DNA of 64,000 nucleotides from Candidatus Kaiserbacteria bacterium (GCA_016186765.1 JACPLD010000002.1:110386-174385), one strand, 5' to 3'. Numbered from the stretch's first letter, positions 7,987 through 18,653 are shown. Numbers and translations are program-made. The notes: generated from the sequence alone by a model not told the origin.

Positions 7987-9516
7987 TTATCTCGCGTACT
8001 CGATGACGCGGGTTTCGCGAATGACAGACACTTTGATCTCTCCGGGATACTGGAGTTCCTTTTCTACGCGGTCAGCGATGTCGCGGGCGAGTTTGCGGGC
8101 ATCGAGATCGGTGATTTCTTCGGGCTTCACGATGACACGGATCTCGCGGCCAGCGGAAATCGCGTAGCTCTTCTCAACACCTGCTTGCTGGTTGGCGATG
8201 GCCTCGAGTTCCTCGAGACGCTTGATGTAGTTCTCAATGGAGTCGCGGCGAGCGCCAGGGCGGCCGCCAGAGATCGCGTCGGCAACCTGTACGATCATAC
8301 TCTCCGGTGTTTCGTACGGGTATTCTTCGTGGTGCGCTTGCATTGCTTTCACCACCGCTTCGTCCACGCCAAACTTTTGCAGGATGCGCCGTCCAATCTC
8401 GACGTGCGTCCCCGGCACTTCGTGGTCGACTGCCTTACCGATGTCGTGGAAGAGCGCTCCCGCGCGGGCGACTGCTTCGTTTGCGCCAAGCTCTGCTGCA
8501 AGCATTCCGGCGAGATGGGCAACCTCGACCGAGTGGTCCAAGACGTTTTGGCCGTAGCTCGTGCGGAAGTACAGGCGCCCGAGAATCATCAGGAGCTTTG
8601 GATCAAGGTTTTGCACTTTCGCGTTGTATGCCGCTTCGGCACCCTTCTTTTTGATGATGGTATTGATTTCCTCCTCCGCTTTTTTCACCATCTCTTCGAT
8701 CTTCGCGGGCTGTATCCGGCCGTCGAGGATGAGGTTTTCCAAAGCGATTCGCGCCACTTGCCTCCTGATGGGATCGAAGGATGAAAGGGTGATAGTGCCC
8801 GGCGTGTCGTCGATGATGACGTCGACGCCGGTTGCGCGCTCGAAGGCGCGGATGTTGCGGCCCTCTTTGCCGATGATCTTGCCCTTGATCTCGTCGGAGG
8901 GGAGCGAGATAGTTGTCGCGAGCACGTCGGAGACGACGGAGTTGCCGAGCCGGTGGACGGCCGTCGTGAGAATTTCTTTTGCCCGCTGCTCTAGGCGCTC
9001 GTTGCCTGCGATTTCGAGCTTGTGCATGCGGCTCTCCAAGTCGGACTCGTACTGTTTTTCGACCGATTTCACCAAATCGTTCTTCGCTTCCTCGGCCGAA
9101 AGGTGAGCAACCTTCTCGAGCTTTTCCTGTTGCGCTTTAGCGAGCTCTTCGGCCTTCTCCTTTGCACTCGCAAGCTCGGTGCTTCGCTTAGTGAGTGTTT
9201 CCTGCTCGGTATCGAGCATGTTTTGACGCTTGTCGAGGAGCTCCTCCTTGCGCACGAGGCGCTCTTCGGTCGCTTTCAGCTCGTTCGCACGCTCCTTCAG
9301 CTCGGAGCCGATCTGTCCCTCCTTTTCTTTGGCGCGCGCTTCGGCCTCTTCGACGATGCGCTTTGAGCGTTCCTCTGCGTCGAGACGCATCTTGCGGATC
9401 TCCAGCTCCATCGAGCCGCGTTTTCCTAAGCTAATGATCAGTCGAAGAAAATAACCGATCCCAATACCGGCGATCCCCGCAAGCGCGAGGAGCAGGAGAA
9501 TCGTTTGTATTGACAT
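7987..9516 (-). CDS. rny: Ribonuclease Y
   Basis: N-terminal TM, coiled coil, KH domain (KGKIIGKEGRNIR), HD domain (HDIGK). Confidence 0.97.
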   Translation of the reverse strand: MSIQTILLLLALAGIAGIGIGYFLRLIISLGKRGSMELEIRKMRLDAEERSKRIVEEAEARAKEKEGQIGSELKERANELKATEERLVRKEELLDKRQNMLDTEQETLTKRSTELASAKEKAEELAKAQQEKLEKVAHLSAEEAKNDLVKSVEKQYESDLESRMHKLEIAGNERLEQRAKEILTTAVHRLGNSVVSDVLATTISLPSDEIKGKIIGKEGRNIRAFERATGVDVIIDDTPGTITLSSFDPIRRQVARIALENLILDGRIQPAKIEEMVKKAEEEINTIIKKKGAEAAYNAKVQNLDPKLLMILGRLYFRTSYGQNVLDHSVEVAHLAGMLAAELGANEAVARAGALFHDIGKAVDHEVPGTHVEIGRRILQKFGVDEAVVKAMQAHHEEYPYETPESMIVQVADAISGGRPGARRDSIENYIKRLEELEAIANQQAGVEKSYAISAGREIRVIVKPEEITDLDARKLARDIADRVEKELQYPGEIKVSVIRETRVIEYAR

Positions 9517-9764
9517 ACGCGTGGATCAATCCACGCGCGAGTGACTATGTACGGACTGCGAGCACTTTTGAGTGTACGGAAATAAGCTCTGGCGTGGCGT
9601 TGCCGTTCATGGATTCATTCGCACGCGGGAAATTGAAAGACATAAATGCTAAGGTGTACGGCGAATATACCACCACGGTATGCAATAGGCAATAGACACC
9701 CGGCAGCAGAAGACTTCACTTCACGCCCCTGTTGAGCCATTGCCTTTTGCCGCGTGCCTTCTCC

Positions 9765-10358
9765 CTACGTAAGGACTTTGTCGATAATGCCATACTTCAC
9801 GGCCTCCTCCGAGGTCATGAAGAAGTCGCGCTCCACGTCTTTTTCAATTCGCTCAAACTTTTGGCCGGTATTTTTCGCAAGTAGCTTGTTGAGGCGTTCG
9901 CGGAGCTTCAGGATTTGCTTTGCGGTAATCTCGATGTCTGTTGCCTGACCCTCCGCGCCGCCGTGTGGCTGATGGATCATGATCTCTGCATTCGGTAGCG
10001 CGAAGCGCTTGCCTTTCTCGCCGGCAGAAAGGAGGATGGCCGCGCCGGAAGCGGCAAGCCCGACGCAGTATGTGGCGACCGCCGGCTGGATGTGATTCAT
10101 CGTGTCGACCATCGCAAGCGTTGAGGTCACCGCGCCGCCAGGGGAGTTGATGTAGAGGGAAATCTCTTTCTTCGGGTCTTCTGACTGTAAGAAAAGCAGC
10201 TGCGCGATGATGAGGTTGGCGACTTCGTCGTTGATCGGCCCGCCGAGGAAGATGATGCGCTCTTTGAGGAGGCGCGAGTAGATGTCATACGCCCGCTCGC
10301 CGAAACTGGTTTTTTCGACGACCATCGGCACAAGCATTTGTGATCGGGATGTGTTCAT
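9765..10358 (-). CDS. clpP: ATP-dependent Clp protease proteolytic subunit
   Basis: [31 protein letters not shown]. Confidence 0.97.
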   Translation of the reverse strand: MNTSRSQMLVPMVVEKTSFGERAYDIYSRLLKERIIFLGGPINDEVANLIIAQLLFLQSEDPKKEISLYINSPGGAVTSTLAMVDTMNHIQPAVATYCVGLAASGAAILLSAGEKGKRFALPNAEIMIHQPHGGAEGQATDIEITAKQILKLRERLNKLLAKNTGQKFERIEKDVERDFFMTSEEAVKYGIIDKVLT

Positions 10359-10372
10359 ATGCCGAGAGTGTA

Positions 10373-11440
10373 TCATTTTTCCTGTTTTTCCAAAAATTCG
10401 AGGGTTGCTTCGTTCCGTAAAGCGTGCGCGATGTGGGCGCGAAGTGCCACAGGGTCGGCATTGGGGATGTGTTGGCGGGCGCGTTCGACTTCCTTTTCGA
10501 GTCGTTCCTGTGACGGATCTATATGTTCCCCGCGAGCGATCTCGGAGAGAATGAGACGCACCTTCGCTCGTTTGTCGGCGGCATTAAGCCACTCTGTGCG
10601 CAATTGCTCTCGTGTTTTTTTCGCTTGCGCGAGATACGCATCGAAGTTCGTACCCATTCTTTCAAGGTCGTGCTTGATGCGCGCTTCCATGTCGTCGAGC
10701 TCGTAGCCGCGGAGCACCGAGGGGTATTTGATCGTCGACTCTTTTACGAGATCGTCGAGGATCTCGGCACGCCGCTTCTCCCGCGCCTGCATTTCTTTTT
10801 CGGTTTTAATGTTTGAGCGTACAGTTTCAGAGAATTTCTCAACACTTTCTATACCGAGCGATTGCACGAATGCCTCGTCGAGCGCTGGCAGCTCATCCGT
10901 ATCAAGAGCTCGCGACTCTTCGTGCGCTTTTTGTGGCTCAAGGCCGGCTTCCATCTTGTTGATACGCGCCTTCTCACGCCGCAAGTGGGTGAGTGCTTGC
11001 GCGTGTTCCTCGTCCGTGACAGAGATATCTTCTTTTGTCGCGTTGATGTTCGCGGCTATTCTTTTGTAGTCGGGCAGTGTAATCTCGGGCGCAAGCGGCG
11101 CGCGGGACGAGAAGTGGAGCACTTTTCCCTCCTCGATCTTCTCGATAGTTACCTTGGGAGCCTCTACTATGAGAAGGTGTTCTGCGGCAAGCAGCTCAGG
11201 AAGTTCGTGCTGTATTGCGCGCTCGGCCGCTTCCCGCAATATGGTCGGCTCGCCGTAAATCTCTATGATTCGCTCGATCGGCGCATGGCCTTTGCGGAAG
11301 CCGTCGAGCTTTGCAGATTTTTGTATGTCGTTCAGCGCTTGTGTGCGATATGTTTGTATCACTTCGAGAGGTACCTCCGCGTACACCTCGACTTCCCACG
11401 CATTCTCGTCGCGTGAGATTTTCACGTTCTGCAAACTCAT
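10373..11440 (-). CDS. tig: Trigger factor, short form apparently lacking the PPIase domain
   Basis: GFRKGHAP ribosome-binding motif; 355 aa; tig-clpP synteny. Confidence 0.88.
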   Translation of the reverse strand: MSLQNVKISRDENAWEVEVYAEVPLEVIQTYRTQALNDIQKSAKLDGFRKGHAPIERIIEIYGEPTILREAAERAIQHELPELLAAEHLLIVEAPKVTIEKIEEGKVLHFSSRAPLAPEITLPDYKRIAANINATKEDISVTDEEHAQALTHLRREKARINKMEAGLEPQKAHEESRALDTDELPALDEAFVQSLGIESVEKFSETVRSNIKTEKEMQAREKRRAEILDDLVKESTIKYPSVLRGYELDDMEARIKHDLERMGTNFDAYLAQAKKTREQLRTEWLNAADKRAKVRLILSEIARGEHIDPSQERLEKEVERARQHIPNADPVALRAHIAHALRNEATLEFLEKQEK

Positions 11441-11454
11441 CGAACGAGTCTATC

Positions 11455-11685
11455 TCATCCTGTCTCTTGCGTCGAATCTCCAGGAATAAATGGGAGTTGA
11501 TCGACGGAATTCCTGCTATTCAAATATGCTCCCCAGAAGTACAGGGCCCCGAAGCCAAGGAGGATGACAATGATAGCAGTTCCGATCCAAGCGCCAGCGC
11601 CAGCTTTTTTTGGAGCCCGGTTGTGTTCGGTGAGCATGTGCCCGGTGTCTGCGGGCGCGTTTCGCATGTTCATTGCAGGCGGCAT
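11455..11685 (-). CDS. Small single-TM membrane protein
   Basis: Hydrophobic IGTAIIVILLGFGALYFW; TATAAT 6 nt upstream of the ATG. Confidence 0.7.
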   Translation of the reverse strand: MPPAMNMRNAPADTGHMLTEHNRAPKKAGAGAWIGTAIIVILLGFGALYFWGAYLNSRNSVDQLPFIPGDSTQETG

Positions 11686-11758
11686 GACACTATTATAGTA
11701 ATGAGCCACTAGGGTTTAGCCACTAGGGGAAGGGGATATCTCCGATCTGCACGTTGGG

Positions 11759-12295
11759 CTACTTCGCGAACTTTTGTTTGTAGAGTTCTATTGAGCGCTT
11801 GAGGGCGGCGACGGCATCGCTACGCTTGAAGAAGCCGTGTACCACGATCTCAACAGGCTTATGCTTGAGTTTCTTGTTCATCTCGAAAAAGTGCTGCAAC
11901 TCTTTGAGTGTGTGCTTGTTTACATCTTTGAGCTCCTGTACATGATCGAAGCGAATATCTTCAGTGGGAACGGCGATGATCTTATCGTCCGATTGCCCAT
12001 CATCGGTCATTTGCATAAGGCCGACAGGACGCACCGAGACGAGAATGCCAGAAGGAATCGGATTGGTGGTAAGGATAATGACGTCGAGAGCATCGCCGTC
12101 GTCCCAGAGGGTCTGCGGCGCGAAGCCGTAGTCAGAGGGGTACGTGGCGGCGGAATAGTTCACGCGATCGAGTTTGATGAGCCCTGTCTCTTTGTCGATC
12201 TCGTACTTATTGTGCGATCCGCGTGGTATCTCGATGACCACATTGAATTCTTCGGGGGCTTTCTCTCCGAGCGGGATATCGTGCCACAAGTTCAT
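11759..12295 (-). CDS. ppa: Inorganic pyrophosphatase (family I)
   Basis: IEIPRGS.NKYE, YGFAPQT..DDGDALDV, DDKII motifs. Confidence 0.96.
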   Translation of the reverse strand: MNLWHDIPLGEKAPEEFNVVIEIPRGSHNKYEIDKETGLIKLDRVNYSAATYPSDYGFAPQTLWDDGDALDVIILTTNPIPSGILVSVRPVGLMQMTDDGQSDDKIIAVPTEDIRFDHVQELKDVNKHTLKELQHFFEMNKKLKHKPVEIVVHGFFKRSDAVAALKRSIELYKQKFAK

Positions 12296-12382
12296 AGGAA
12301 TTAGCCACTGGGGTATAGCCACTAGGGTAGCAGGTCGGCACTATTCTTCAAAGGGGTTTACGCCCGCGCAGACATCCTGCAC

Positions 12383-13687
12383 TTATTCGGTCTCTCTTTT
12401 TTCTTCCTGGGTTTCTTTCTCTTCAACAACTTCTGCCTCGGGATTCTCTTGCGGGACGTCACGGTCTTGCTCGCCCTCTTCTTCGATATCCTCATTAGTC
12501 TTCGGGAGGCTCGTCGTTGGCGACTCTCCGGGCGGGATTTCTCTCCGCTTGACTTCAACACCGCCCTCTTCGGTACCCGCGACCTGTTTGCCCTGCGTGG
12601 AACGGATGTCTATCTTCCATCCCGTAAGGCGCGCGGCGAGCCGGACGTTCTGCCCGCCACGGCCGATCGCAAGCGACTGCTGATCTTCCGCAACCTGCAC
12701 GACGGCACGATTTTCCTCTTCGAAAAGTTCGGTGCTCAAGACTTGCGCGGGTTTCAGCGCCTCTTTCACATACTCTGCCGGCTCTTCAGACCACTCGACG
12801 ACGTCGATCTTCTCGCCGCCCAGCTCCGAGGTGACAACCGCGACCCGCACGCCGCGCTGACCAACCAAGGCGCCAACGGGATCGACATGCTCGTCGTTCG
12901 ATTTCACGGCAATCTTCGCGCGGCTTCCGGGCTCGCGGACAATTCCCTTCACCTCGACGACGCCGCTTGCGAGCTCCGGCACTTCTGCTTCGAAGAGTTT
13001 GCTCAAAAAGCGCGGGTGCGAACGCGAAAGGCGGATGAAAGTGCCGCGCACGCCTTCGTCGACGCGCAAGAGGAGCGCGCGGAGGCGCTCCCCTTGGCGG
13101 TAGCGCTCGCCGGGGATCTGCTCGTCGTAAGGCAAGATGGCGGTCGCGCGGCCGAGATCGACGTAGAGGTTGCCGCGCTCGAAGCGCTGCACGTGCCCCG
13201 TCACAATGTCGCCCTCACGTTGTCCATATTCCGAGATGATCGAGGCGCGCTCCGCTTCGCGCACCTTCTGCATGACGACTTGCTTTGCGGCTTGGGCGGC
13301 GATGCGGCCGAAATCTTCGCGCGTCTCGAGCGGAAAGGAGATCTCCTCGTCGAGCTGCGCATCCTTCTTTATACGACGCGCGTCCTCGAGCATGATGTGC
13401 TGCTCGGGATTGAAGCGCGAGCGGTGGTCTTCATCACTTGTCGGCTCTTCGCCTTCCATGCGCACGAGCGAGTTGTCAACGACGATCTTCGCCTGACGGA
13501 ATTCCACCTCGCCGGTTGTAGGATTGAACGTGGCGCGGATAATCTGGCCGCGCTTGCCGTATTCGCGCCGATACGCCGCGGCGAGCGCTGTGGCGAGCGC
13601 GTCGATGACGCTTTTGCGCGAGATGCCGCGCTCTGCCTGAAGCTCGTCGAGCGCGCTGTTGAGGGATTTAAGGTCGAAGAGTGCCAT
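12383..13687 (-). CDS. nusA: Transcription termination/antitermination factor NusA
   Basis: FGRIAAQAAKQV, S1 and KH domains, AIGRGGQNVRLA. Confidence 0.97.
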   Translation of the reverse strand: MALFDLKSLNSALDELQAERGISRKSVIDALATALAAAYRREYGKRGQIIRATFNPTTGEVEFRQAKIVVDNSLVRMEGEEPTSDEDHRSRFNPEQHIMLEDARRIKKDAQLDEEISFPLETREDFGRIAAQAAKQVVMQKVREAERASIISEYGQREGDIVTGHVQRFERGNLYVDLGRATAILPYDEQIPGERYRQGERLRALLLRVDEGVRGTFIRLSRSHPRFLSKLFEAEVPELASGVVEVKGIVREPGSRAKIAVKSNDEHVDPVGALVGQRGVRVAVVTSELGGEKIDVVEWSEEPAEYVKEALKPAQVLSTELFEEENRAVVQVAEDQQSLAIGRGGQNVRLAARLTGWKIDIRSTQGKQVAGTEEGGVEVKRREIPPGESPTTSLPKTNEDIEEEGEQDRDVPQENPEAEVVEEKETQEEKRETE

Positions 13688-13799
13688 ATGGGTTGTGTTG
13701 TCCTTTCAAAAAAACGTCCGCCAAGAGGCGGTACTAATGCGGGCAGTATAGTCGACAGCTATCAGAAGTCAACAGCTCTCGTGTTATATAATTGTAGGG

Positions 13800-15530
13800 A
13801 TGTATATTTCGGATACTCATTTGAAATCATTCCTTGCCGATGCGGGGTTGATTTCACAGAAAGATTTCGACGCGGCAGAGTCGGAAGCAAAAGAAACAGG
13901 ACGGCCAGTGGGAGAGATACTTACATCGCACAACACGATTGGTGAGGACGAGCTGCGACGCACGTATGCATATATCTTGGGCATCCCGTTCGTCTCGCTC
14001 ACAGGCACGAAGATCAAATACGAAGTGCTCTCCCTCATACCCGAGCCGGTCGCGCGCCGCAACAACATCATTGCCTACAACCACCGTGGCGACGAACTTG
14101 AAGTCGCGATGCTCGACACCGACGACCTTGCCGCGATCGACTTCATCAAGAAGAAAACGCACCTAAAAATTCTCCCGCGTCTTACCGACGTTGCGTCTAT
14201 CAAGGCGGCGCTGAAGCAGTACCAACGAGGTCTCAAAGACAATTTAGGGGAGGTCATCCGCCGTGAGACCGAAGTCTTGGAGAAAGGGGAAGAAGACAAA
14301 GACTTGAAACAGGTTGCCGAAGGTGTGCCTGCAGTGCGCATCGTCGACACGCTGCTTCGCCACGCGAACGCACAGAACGCTTCCGACATTCACATCGAAC
14401 CGATGGAGGGGACGCTCCTCATTCGCTACCGCATCGACGGCATCTTGCACGATGCGATGGAGCTGCCAAAGACCGCGGCGCCGGCCATCACCGCGCGCAT
14501 CAAGGTTCTCTCAAATCTCCGTCTTGACGAGCATCGTCTTCCGCAGGACGGCCGCTTCGGCGCGGAGTACGGAGGCGAAAAGATATCGTTCCGCGTCTCC
14601 GTGCTGCCGACGTATTACGGCGAAAAGATCGTGATGCGCCTCTTGCGCGATTCGATCTCCGGCTTCACGCTCGAGTCGGTTGGCTTTCATGGGCTCGCGC
14701 TCGAGCGCATGCATGAGGCGATCCGCGCAACGACCGGCATGATCCTCGCGTGCGGCCCCACCGGTGCCGGCAAATCGACGACACTCTATACGCTCCTCGA
14801 TCTCTTGAATACACCGCACGTCAATATCTCCACGATCGAAGATCCGATCGAGTACCAAATGAAGCGCGTGAACCAAACACAGGTACGGCCCGAGATCGGC
14901 TTTACCTTTGCCAATGGGCTGCGCTCGCTCGTGAGACAAGACCCGGACATCATCATGGTCGGTGAGATCCGCGACAAGGAGACTGCCTCGCTTGCGATCA
15001 ACGCGGCACTCACCGGCCACCTCGTGCTCTCGACACTGCATACGAACTCCGCCGCGGGCGCCATTCCGCGCCTCTTGGACATGGGCGTGGAGCCGTTCCT
15101 TCTCGTCTCGACACTTCGCGTGTGCATAGGCCAGCGGCTCGTACGTGTTTTGACCGCTACCAAAGAGAAGTATGAGCTCTCGCGCGACGAGCAGACGCAT
15201 CTCGAAAAGAACATCGATGCTGGGGCGGTTTTGAAGTCGCTCAAAGAGGAGAGGGTCGTGCCGAACAATATGACGTGGAAGGACCTTCCCTTCTACCGGC
15301 CCAAAGACGGCCCGGCATCGCCGACAGCTTTCTCCGGACGCAAAGGTATTTATGAAGTACTTCCCGTTACGGCGACGGTGAAGGAGCTCGTCATGAAAGA
15401 CGCGACCTCTGACGACATCGAGAAGCAAGCGCGGAGTGAAGGCATGCTCACGATGGTCGAGGACGGCATTTTCAAAGCAGCACAAGGTCTCACCACGATC
15501 GAAGAAGTTTTGCGCGTCGTCACCGAGTAG
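13800..15530 (+). CDS. pilB: Type IV pilus assembly ATPase (PilB/GspE family)
   Basis: ASDIHIEP, RLPQDG, Walker A GPTGAGKSTT, TIEDPIEY, RQDPDIIMVGEIRD. Confidence 0.93.
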   Translation: MYISDTHLKSFLADAGLISQKDFDAAESEAKETGRPVGEILTSHNTIGEDELRRTYAYILGIPFVSLTGTKIKYEVLSLIPEPVARRNNIIAYNHRGDELEVAMLDTDDLAAIDFIKKKTHLKILPRLTDVASIKAALKQYQRGLKDNLGEVIRRETEVLEKGEEDKDLKQVAEGVPAVRIVDTLLRHANAQNASDIHIEPMEGTLLIRYRIDGILHDAMELPKTAAPAITARIKVLSNLRLDEHRLPQDGRFGAEYGGEKISFRVSVLPTYYGEKIVMRLLRDSISGFTLESVGFHGLALERMHEAIRATTGMILACGPTGAGKSTTLYTLLDLLNTPHVNISTIEDPIEYQMKRVNQTQVRPEIGFTFANGLRSLVRQDPDIIMVGEIRDKETASLAINAALTGHLVLSTLHTNSAAGAIPRLLDMGVEPFLLVSTLRVCIGQRLVRVLTATKEKYELSRDEQTHLEKNIDAGAVLKSLKEERVVPNNMTWKDLPFYRPKDGPASPTAFSGRKGIYEVLPVTATVKELVMKDATSDDIEKQARSEGMLTMVEDGIFKAAQGLTTIEEVLRVVTE

Positions 15531-15543
15531 CAGCGAGGCTTAG

Positions 15544-15563
15544 CCTGCCTGTCGGTAGGCAGG
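15544..15563. repeat. Short palindromic element CCTGCCTGTCGGTAGGCAGG
   Basis: Near-perfect 20-bp palindrome in the pilB-pilC spacer. Confidence 0.65.
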
Positions 15564-15608
15564 TGGAAAATCACGTTTTTCGTCGTTTTTGCCGCTATAC
15601 TTAGTTGA

Positions 15609-16829
15609 ATGGTTCGTTTTCATTACACTGCCGAGAGAGGGGGCGGCGAGACGTATACCGGTGTGGCGGAGGCACAGGACCGTTTTGAGATCTACGGGAT
15701 CGTGCGGCGTGAGGGCGGGAGGATCGTTTCGCTCTCTGAAGAGGGCGCAGGGAGCTGGCTCTCGCTGAAGTCACTCAACGGAATGATCACCGCGGTCAGA
15801 GAGTACGACAAAGTAGTCTTCGCACGCAATCTCGGTGCAATGCTTAGCGCCGGCCTATCGCTCTCCCGAGCGCTCTTAGTAATGGAGCGGCAAACGAAGA
15901 ATGCCAAACTCATGGCGATCGTCGTGGGGATCGCGAGCGACATTCGACGCGGCTCGAGCCTGCACGAGGCGCTCGCAAAGTTTCCCCGACACTTTTCGAA
16001 TCTCTTCGTTTCGATGGTTCGTGCGGGCGAGGAGGGCGGAAGCCTGCCGGAGGCGCTCTCTGCTATCTCCGAGCAGATGGAGCGGATGTATCAGCTCAAA
16101 AAAAAGATACGTGGCGCCTTGATTTATCCGGCGATCATCGTTGTTGCGATCATTGGCATCGGCACGTTGATGATGATCTACGTCGTGCCTACGCTCGCGC
16201 AAACCTTTGAGGAGATGAACGCACAGCTCCCGCTCTCGACACGTGCCATCATTGCGATCAGCGATTTCCTCGTCGAATACACGATGCTCGTGCTCGGTGG
16301 CGCACTCGGACTCTTCGCGCTCCTTTGGGTCGCGGCGCGCACCGCTCTCGGGAAGCGCATGCTTGACCTCTTCTTCATCCGTTTGCCCTTGATCGGGAGG
16401 ATGGTGCGCGAGGTCAACTCCGCCCGCACGGCGCGCACGCTCTCCTCACTCCTTTCTTCCGGGGTCGATGTTCTCGCCTCGCTCGAGATTACAAAGCAGG
16501 TTGTGCAGAATTCGTACTTCCGCGATGTCATCAAGGATGCCGGGATCAGTGTCGGCAAGGGAGAGCCGCTCTCCGCGGCATTTTCGCGGCGAGGCGATCT
16601 CTACCCGGCGTTTGTTCCCGAGATGATGGCGGTGGGGGAGGAGACTGGGGCGCTCTCGGAAATGCTGAAGCGCCTCGCCGCCTTCTACGAAGAGGAGGTG
16701 GATCGCAAGACGAAGGACATGTCCACGATCGTGGAGCCCTTCCTTATGATCGTGATCGGCGGCGCGGTGGGATTCTTTGCGGTTTCGATGATTACGCCCA
16801 TCTACTCACTTTCGCAGAATATAGGATGA
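15609..16829 (+). CDS. pilC: Type IV pilus inner-membrane platform protein (PilC/GspF)
   Basis: Two T2SSF repeats (AGEEGGSL, VGEETGAL), ALIYP and EPFLMIVIG. Confidence 0.93.
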   Translation: MVRFHYTAERGGGETYTGVAEAQDRFEIYGIVRREGGRIVSLSEEGAGSWLSLKSLNGMITAVREYDKVVFARNLGAMLSAGLSLSRALLVMERQTKNAKLMAIVVGIASDIRRGSSLHEALAKFPRHFSNLFVSMVRAGEEGGSLPEALSAISEQMERMYQLKKKIRGALIYPAIIVVAIIGIGTLMMIYVVPTLAQTFEEMNAQLPLSTRAIIAISDFLVEYTMLVLGGALGLFALLWVAARTALGKRMLDLFFIRLPLIGRMVREVNSARTARTLSSLLSSGVDVLASLEITKQVVQNSYFRDVIKDAGISVGKGEPLSAAFSRRGDLYPAFVPEMMAVGEETGALSEMLKRLAAFYEEEVDRKTKDMSTIVEPFLMIVIGGAVGFFAVSMITPIYSLSQNIG

Positions 16830-16836
16830 CGCTCCA

Positions 16837-16931
16837 CGCGTATGCATTTTCGGGGCACGCATAATTTTCTGGTGAAAATTTGCTCCCGCTCGCGCCGTCG
16901 CGCTGCGCAAGTCCCCAAAAACGCACACGCG
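16837..16931. repeat. Imperfect 95-bp inverted repeat element at the pilin gene 5' end
   Basis: 19-bp arms match 16/19; all three mismatches become G-U pairs on the minus strand. Confidence 0.6.
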
Positions 16932-18653
16932 CGTCGCTTGGATGGGCAGCGCGGCGTGACGCTCCTCGACACGCTTATTGGAAGTGCCTTGATGCTCGTA
17001 ATTTTTTTAGGCATCGTTGGCGTGTTCCAGCTATCTATCGACGTCATCGTAAACAACAAAGCCCGGGGGGGCGCGATCGCGCTCGGTAACGAGCGTATGG
17101 AGTACCTCCGCTCGCTTTCCTATCCGCAGATCGGCGTCATCGGCGGTATTCCTGCGGGAATCGTCCCGCAAGAAGAAACGGTGGTGAGCAATGGGATTCC
17201 GTATACACGTAGAACAATGGTGCTCTACAGCGATGATCCGGGCGACGGCCTCGGTGCATCGGACACGAATGGCATTATCGCCGACTACAAGACGATTCGA
17301 GTCGAGGTCAACTGGCAATCTGGAGGTAACGAGCGTGGCGTCACCTTGGTCGGGCGTGTCTCACCCTTCGGGGTCGAAACAGCAGTAGCCGGCGGGACGC
17401 TCACGATCAATGTGGTAAATGAGGCGGCATCTCCCGTTTCGAACGCGCAGGTCGACATCGTGAACGCGAGCACAACGCCGCCGATCAACATCCGCACGTA
17501 CACCAATATAGATGGCATTGTCACCTTCATTGGTGCTCCCGCAGCAAGCGACTACCGGATTACCGTATCGAAGCCGGGATACTCAAGCGCGCAGACATAT
17601 TCGGTGACGGCTGAGAACCCGAACCCAACGCCCCGACACCTCACGGTTGTGGACAATCAAACAACCTCAGCAAGTTTTACGATCGATTACGTGGCGAACA
17701 AAACGGTTGAGACGTTCATGCACATACGTGAAAATTCCTGGAGCGATACGTTCTCTGATACGAGCAAAATAGACACGATGTCTTCGACTACCGTTGCCGG
17801 GGGCGTGGTGCGGCTTACCGGGGTCCCCGGAAATTATCAGTCGCCCGGAACGCTACGCTCGATATCGATTGCACCTTCGTCACTGTATCGGTGGAAGCGT
17901 TTTTCGGCATCGACAAGCACACCGTCGCAAACAGGGATTCTCTTTCACTTCTATGATGCTGGAAGCATGCTCATTCCAGAGTCGCAGCTTCCGGGAAACG
18001 CAGCAGGGTTTGCGACCTCGAGTGTCGATCTCTCAAGCATTTCCACGACGACGTATCCGCAGCTTCGTGTCGATACAACACTTACCTCGATAGATGCGGC
18101 TTCGACACCGTCCGTCGGGGAGTACTCGCTCCTCTACGACTATGGGCCCGACCCACTGCTGAATTTCTCATTTACAATGCGCGGCGCAAAAACCATCGGA
18201 AACAATCCAACCGTCTACAAGTATGATCAAACCAACACAACTGGCTCAGACGCGCGTCTCACACTCTCGAGCATCGAGGCAGATACCTACACACTTGGCG
18301 TTGCAACAACCTCCGGCTACGTGCTCGCCGAAAGTTGCAATCCCCAACCCGAAGTGCTCGCGCCCGCCTCTTCGCAAACAACTCGGCTGTATGTCCTTCC
18401 CTCCACGCCGCACTCGCTCCTGATTGACGTGCGTTCGAGTGCAGGTGCTCTCTTGCAGGATGCATCCGTGCGTCTCACAGAGACCAGCTACGACGTCACA
18501 AAACCAACGAGCTCCTGCGGCCAAAGCTTCTTCGGTTCTCTCGAGAATGCGAGCTATACAGCGACGATAAGTAAGAGCGGCTATCAACAGTACTCGACCA
18601 GCGTGAGCGTGAATGGCGTAACTCGTCTTTCTGTCACACTCAATCCTCAATGA
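16842..18653 (+). CDS. Prepilin-type N-terminal protein with carboxypeptidase-regulatory-like beta domains (start uncertain)
   Basis: QRG/VTLLDTLIG class III signal, hydrophobic helix, two (V/I)SK.GY motifs. Confidence 0.8.
   Translation: MHFRGTHNFLVKICSRSRRRAAQVPKNAHARRLDGQRGVTLLDTLIGSALMLVIFLGIVGVFQLSIDVIVNNKARGGAIALGNERMEYLRSLSYPQIGVIGGIPAGIVPQEETVVSNGIPYTRRTMVLYSDDPGDGLGASDTNGIIADYKTIRVEVNWQSGGNERGVTLVGRVSPFGVETAVAGGTLTINVVNEAASPVSNAQVDIVNASTTPPINIRTYTNIDGIVTFIGAPAASDYRITVSKPGYSSAQTYSVTAENPNPTPRHLTVVDNQTTSASFTIDYVANKTVETFMHIRENSWSDTFSDTSKIDTMSSTTVAGGVVRLTGVPGNYQSPGTLRSISIAPSSLYRWKRFSASTSTPSQTGILFHFYDAGSMLIPESQLPGNAAGFATSSVDLSSISTTTYPQLRVDTTLTSIDAASTPSVGEYSLLYDYGPDPLLNFSFTMRGAKTIGNNPTVYKYDQTNTTGSDARLTLSSIEADTYTLGVATTSGYVLAESCNPQPEVLAPASSQTTRLYVLPSTPHSLLIDVRSSAGALLQDASVRLTETSYDVTKPTSSCGQSFFGSLENASYTATISKSGYQQYSTSVSVNGVTRLSVTLNPQ

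Noticed and set aside
9716-9764. Minus-strand fragment EKARGKRQWLNRGVK* after clpP, a possible orphan gene end
   Set aside because: No similarity to ClpP or any gene in the window; cannot be supported without a search
12449-13945. Long antisense or alternative-frame ORFs (e.g. 498 aa opposite nusA, 324 aa opposite pilB, 345 aa at 43757-44794)
   Set aside because: Shadow ORFs of well-supported genes in GC-rich, codon-biased DNA; no motifs
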